From: a virus
Taxonomy: Duplodnaviria; Caudoviricetes
DNA length: 64,000 bases
Virus record (IMG/VR): IMGVR_UViG_3300029286_000011
Direction: 5' to 3' (one strand)
A program made the position numbers and the translations under genes. Under the pieces are notes generated by a model. That model searched no databases. It saw only the letters and a program-made list of their open reading frames with translations, and had not been told where the DNA came from. Positions 61,237 through 64,000 of the stretch are shown in pieces. Position 1 is the first letter of the stretch, and the number at the start of each line of letters is the position of its first letter.

Positions 61237-63999
61237 CTACCCAATTCGGCCGATGGGCTTCGGCGCCTCGGGCAACTTTGGCTTAGCAGCAACCTGTGTA
61301 GCAGGCGCCGTAGTAGGTGCAGACATAGGCTTCGGTGCAGCAGGAGCCACCCAACCTTGTGGGGCTGTCTGGGCAAATCTGGCCTGAAAATCTGTATCCG
61401 GATTGGCCTTCAGAAACTCCTGCGTAGGCATATGTTGCTGCAACTTGTTGTCGTAATACCAGCTATCGTCTGGAGCTGTGTTGTAGAAACCTTGCAGCGC
61501 TTCTCGTGAATATGGTGTTCCACGCTGCTGTTGCACATGCTGTAACTGTGCTTGCCCTTGCTGCACGCCCCTAGCTGCCCCAACGGCATTTCCAACCTCT
61601 TTGCTAGCTGCGTACGCCTCTCCAGGCAAATTGATCAAGGAGCGTATGGGCTTCATATTGGCGTTTATCGCTGCGCCTGCGTAGCTGAGCAAACCATTAG
61701 TTGGATCCTTGAAACCTAGAATAGTATTGTCTGGTGTCACATCATTCATAAACTTCTTGTGATCGCTCCAGCCAAATCCTGTTTCTCTCTTGCCGCCGAG
61801 CATCTCCGGTAACAAACCAACACCGTCGACAAGTTCCAACGCACCATTTATAGGCGTAGCCCATAAACTAGCCGTGCCACCAATTCTTTTAGCAGCGGCT
61901 TGTCCAAGTAAGCCCATGCCAGTTGAGGCTGCCGCCGATGGAGCAACAGCCGCAGTCACAGGCAGAATGTAATCAGTGAAGCCCGGCTTAGGCGGTGGCA
62001 CAGTAGGAGGCGGCACAGGAGCAACGGATTGCTCAGCTGGCGACTGTGGTGCATCGGACTGCTCGTTTATAGGTTGCCTTGGTTGCACAGGTTGTGGCTG
62101 CGCAGGTGCGGGCTGAGGCTGTACGGGGGCTGGCTGTGCCACTGGCTGAGCAGCAGGTTGTGCGGGTGCCGGCGGCTGTACAGGTGCTGCAGGTTGCGTA
62201 GTGTCAGGTGTTAACGGCTCTGTCGGCGTAGCCGGATTACCGCTAAACAGCATATCTTGAGCTGCAGACGGGTTCATCATGGCCATGAATAGCATCTGGC
62301 CTAGTGGTCCCATCTTCTCTAGCAAAGGCAACAGCATCGGCATAATGCCGGCCATTGAGAAGCCCTGGCCGTCATTTTGTTCCGGCATCAACTCTGCAGC
62401 AGTCTTTGGTGCAGCCAGTTCCGCAGGTGTGTAATCTCTTGGCGTTCGTACCTTGCCCTTGCCGATTTGACCTGTGGCCAGCGCAGGTACAAAGCTAGTG
62501 CCCATAGGATCGCTGATAGCACCTCGTTGCGCACCCTCAAGTACGCTGCCCTTCAGACCGCTGCCAAACATGCGTGTAAGCCAGTCTGGATCATGCTGCA
62601 AATTAGCCATGCCGCGAATCATCTCTGGTTCAAACGGCGGCGGATCGGCATGAACGTCGATGTTCTCCACGCCAAACTTCTTCAGCTGTTTGACAACACT
62701 TGGTCGTATCTTGGTGCCAATCGAATAATGCAGATATGGGCGTTCTAGATACTTACCAACTGCTCGTGCGGTTGGCAAACTATCGTAGCCATCTCGTGGC
62801 CGATACTTCTTCTCAACAACGTCATAAGGCACAACGTCATCAGGAGCCAAGTCGTCGAGTTCGTCAGTCAGTCTGACGTGATTTATGAGACCCTTGGCCA
62901 ACAGCTCTATGTTTCGACGATGCCCGCCGATACGGGCATTGGCATAGGCCTTCCTGAAGGCATCAAGAAAGTAACGTCTGCCTTCACCAACACCTTTATG
63001 CTCTGTAATGACAGCTGGGTTGGGCTCACCCTCGCTAAGCATGTCACCGGCTTCTATGTTATCGCCAGGCTTAACGACAGGTTCGAAGCCTTCGCCTACA
63101 TAGTGCTTGGTGCCATCGACGGATATGTACTTACCACCGGCTGGTGCAGGGTCGATGGACTCAACATGACCATCAACAGTGGCATGTACAGCGCCGCCTT
63201 TGAAGGTCTTAGGAACCTGCACAAGCTGATTGATCCAATCAAAACCGGAGATAGCTGCAGAGCCACCAGCACCAGCTACACCGCCCGTATGCTTGCTCGA
63301 ATTAGACACAATCAGACCATTGGCAAGTACGAAAAGGTGATCTTCGTGTGCCACTTCTAGGTCATGTGTATACTGATGACCGATAGCAATCTGCTCTTTC
63401 CTGTACAGTCTGTTACGCGACGCAGTAGGTCTAGGTCTCCATGTGGCCAAACAAGCTACCAGCGTGTGTCTCTTAACACCGTACAACGGGATATTAGCGG
63501 CAAACTTTAGCAGGCTGTCACGAAATGTGATTACGAAGCTGTAAAGAACGTGCTTTCGCTTATCCGCCCCGCTAGGTTTTGGTATAGAGGCATATATGCC
63601 AAAACGCCATTCCAGCAGCTCTTTGACCTGCTCTACAAGTCTTAGTGATGTTGATCCGAATGAGATATGTACGGCCCCTCCTTTTGCTTTATTTTGCTCG
63701 GATACGTACACAGACCCATCTGTCACCATCAGTCCGGCTATCAGCTCTGCCACAGACGCATTGTTCCAGCTGTAAGCCTCGTGAGGTATGATCTTTTCGT
63801 AGGCATATTTACCTGCCATTCCGTACCGCACCAGCATTTGCATTGCTGGATTTCTATACGATCCGTTAAATCGACCAGTTGTGGCATCCTGAGCTGTACG
63901 TGCTTGGTCAATCTGACTTACTCGATAATAGCCTCGCTGACCGGCCAATAGGGTAGTCTTCAAGTTCAGCGCGGATAGGCGTGGCGCTATATCGGTAAT
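61237..63999 (-). CDS. rpoC: DNA-directed RNA polymerase beta-prime subunit, C-terminal part, intein-containing, with about 390-aa low-complexity extension (5'-truncated)
   Basis: Frame is open to the window edge. After the intein: SKHTGGV (trigger-loop His region), VKPGDNIEAGDMLSEGEPNP..ITEHKG, RRNIELLAKGL and DWLTRMFGSGLKGSVLEGAQRG. These align by eye with bacterial beta-prime regions G and H. Confidence 0.85.
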   Translation of the reverse strand: MTDIAPRLSALNLKTTLLAGQRGYYRVSQIDQARTAQDATTGRFNGSYRNPAMQMLVRYGMAGKYAYEKIIPHEAYSWNNASVAELIAGLMVTDGSVYVSEQNKAKGGAVHISFGSTSLRLVEQVKELLEWRFGIYASIPKPSGADKRKHVLYSFVITFRDSLLKFAANIPLYGVKRHTLVACLATWRPRPTASRNRLYRKEQIAIGHQYTHDLEVAHEDHLFVLANGLIVSNSSKHTGGVAGAGGSAAISGFDWINQLVQVPKTFKGGAVHATVDGHVESIDPAPAGGKYISVDGTKHYVGEGFEPVVKPGDNIEAGDMLSEGEPNPAVITEHKGVGEGRRYFLDAFRKAYANARIGGHRRNIELLAKGLINHVRLTDELDDLAPDDVVPYDVVEKKYRPRDGYDSLPTARAVGKYLERPYLHYSIGTKIRPSVVKQLKKFGVENIDVHADPPPFEPEMIRGMANLQHDPDWLTRMFGSGLKGSVLEGAQRGAISDPMGTSFVPALATGQIGKGKVRTPRDYTPAELAAPKTAAELMPEQNDGQGFSMAGIMPMLLPLLEKMGPLGQMLFMAMMNPSAAQDMLFSGNPATPTEPLTPDTTQPAAPVQPPAPAQPAAQPVAQPAPVQPQPAPAQPQPVQPRQPINEQSDAPQSPAEQSVAPVPPPTVPPPKPGFTDYILPVTAAVAPSAAASTGMGLLGQAAAKRIGGTASLWATPINGALELVDGVGLLPEMLGGKRETGFGWSDHKKFMNDVTPDNTILGFKDPTNGLLSYAGAAINANMKPIRSLINLPGEAYAASKEVGNAVGAARGVQQGQAQLQHVQQQRGTPYSREALQGFYNTAPDDSWYYDNKLQQHMPTQEFLKANPDTDFQARFAQTAPQGWVAPAAPKPMSAPTTAPATQVAAKPKLPEAPKPIGRIG

Positions 64000-64000
64000 T
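63301..64000 (-). mobile_element. Intein with LAGLIDADG homing endonuclease (C-terminal part)
   Basis: ELIAGLMVTDGSV (LAGLIDADG), QVKELLEWRFGI, block F/G THDLEVAHEDHLFVLANGLIVSN, followed by extein Ser at 63298-63300. Confidence 0.9.

Noticed and set aside
1-64000. Extracellular contractile injection system or T6SS locus
   Set aside because: Sheath, tube, spike and baseplate are present, but so are capsid, prohead protease, neck, tape measure and RNAP genes, which indicates a true phage.
1-64000. Stop-codon reassignment (alternative genetic code)
   Set aside because: TAA, TAG and TGA all end genes at tight operon junctions, and conserved proteins are uninterrupted under the standard code.
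63995-64000. Sixth palindrome copy starting at the window edge (GTAATT)
   Set aside because: Only 6 nt match, the preceding bases differ from the consensus, and it lies inside the open intein frame.

Overview
This window is a 64-kb fragment of a large, myovirus-type (contractile-tailed, probably jumbo) bacteriophage genome. Essentially every credible gene is on the minus strand. Read from the right end, the gene order is: (1) a 5'-truncated bacterial-like RNA polymerase beta-prime subunit with a LAGLIDADG intein and a long Pro/Gln-rich extension; (2) internal head proteins, prohead protease, scaffold-like, decoration and major capsid genes; (3) an accessory or early region (43.5-48.6 kb) of small genes and structured non-coding DNA; (4) a GC-rich LamG cassette, then neck, tail terminator, sheath, tube, central spike, tail chaperones with a -1 slippery site, tape measure, baseplate genes and a sigma-70-family factor; (5) a membrane-protein/papain-like peptidase cassette; (6) a family of five paralogous tail-associated proteins, two collagen-like fibres, a radical SAM/SPASM enzyme and a glycosyltransferase-methyltransferase fusion. 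The most unusual signals are: a fibre protein ending in a 30-Cys acidic domain encoded directly upstream of a SPASM maturase; a 26-bp intergenic palindrome (AGATGTAATTAGCGCTAATTACATCT) found five times; an ACTAGCC element in front of seven accessory-gene ribosome-binding sites, with complementary copies in nearby non-coding RNA-like segments; two densely structured non-coding regions; and a K-x-A motif shared by head proteins and the RNAP tail junction. All product calls come from reading motifs by eye. No database search was run, so novelty claims are untested. A Planctomycetota host is a soft inference only.
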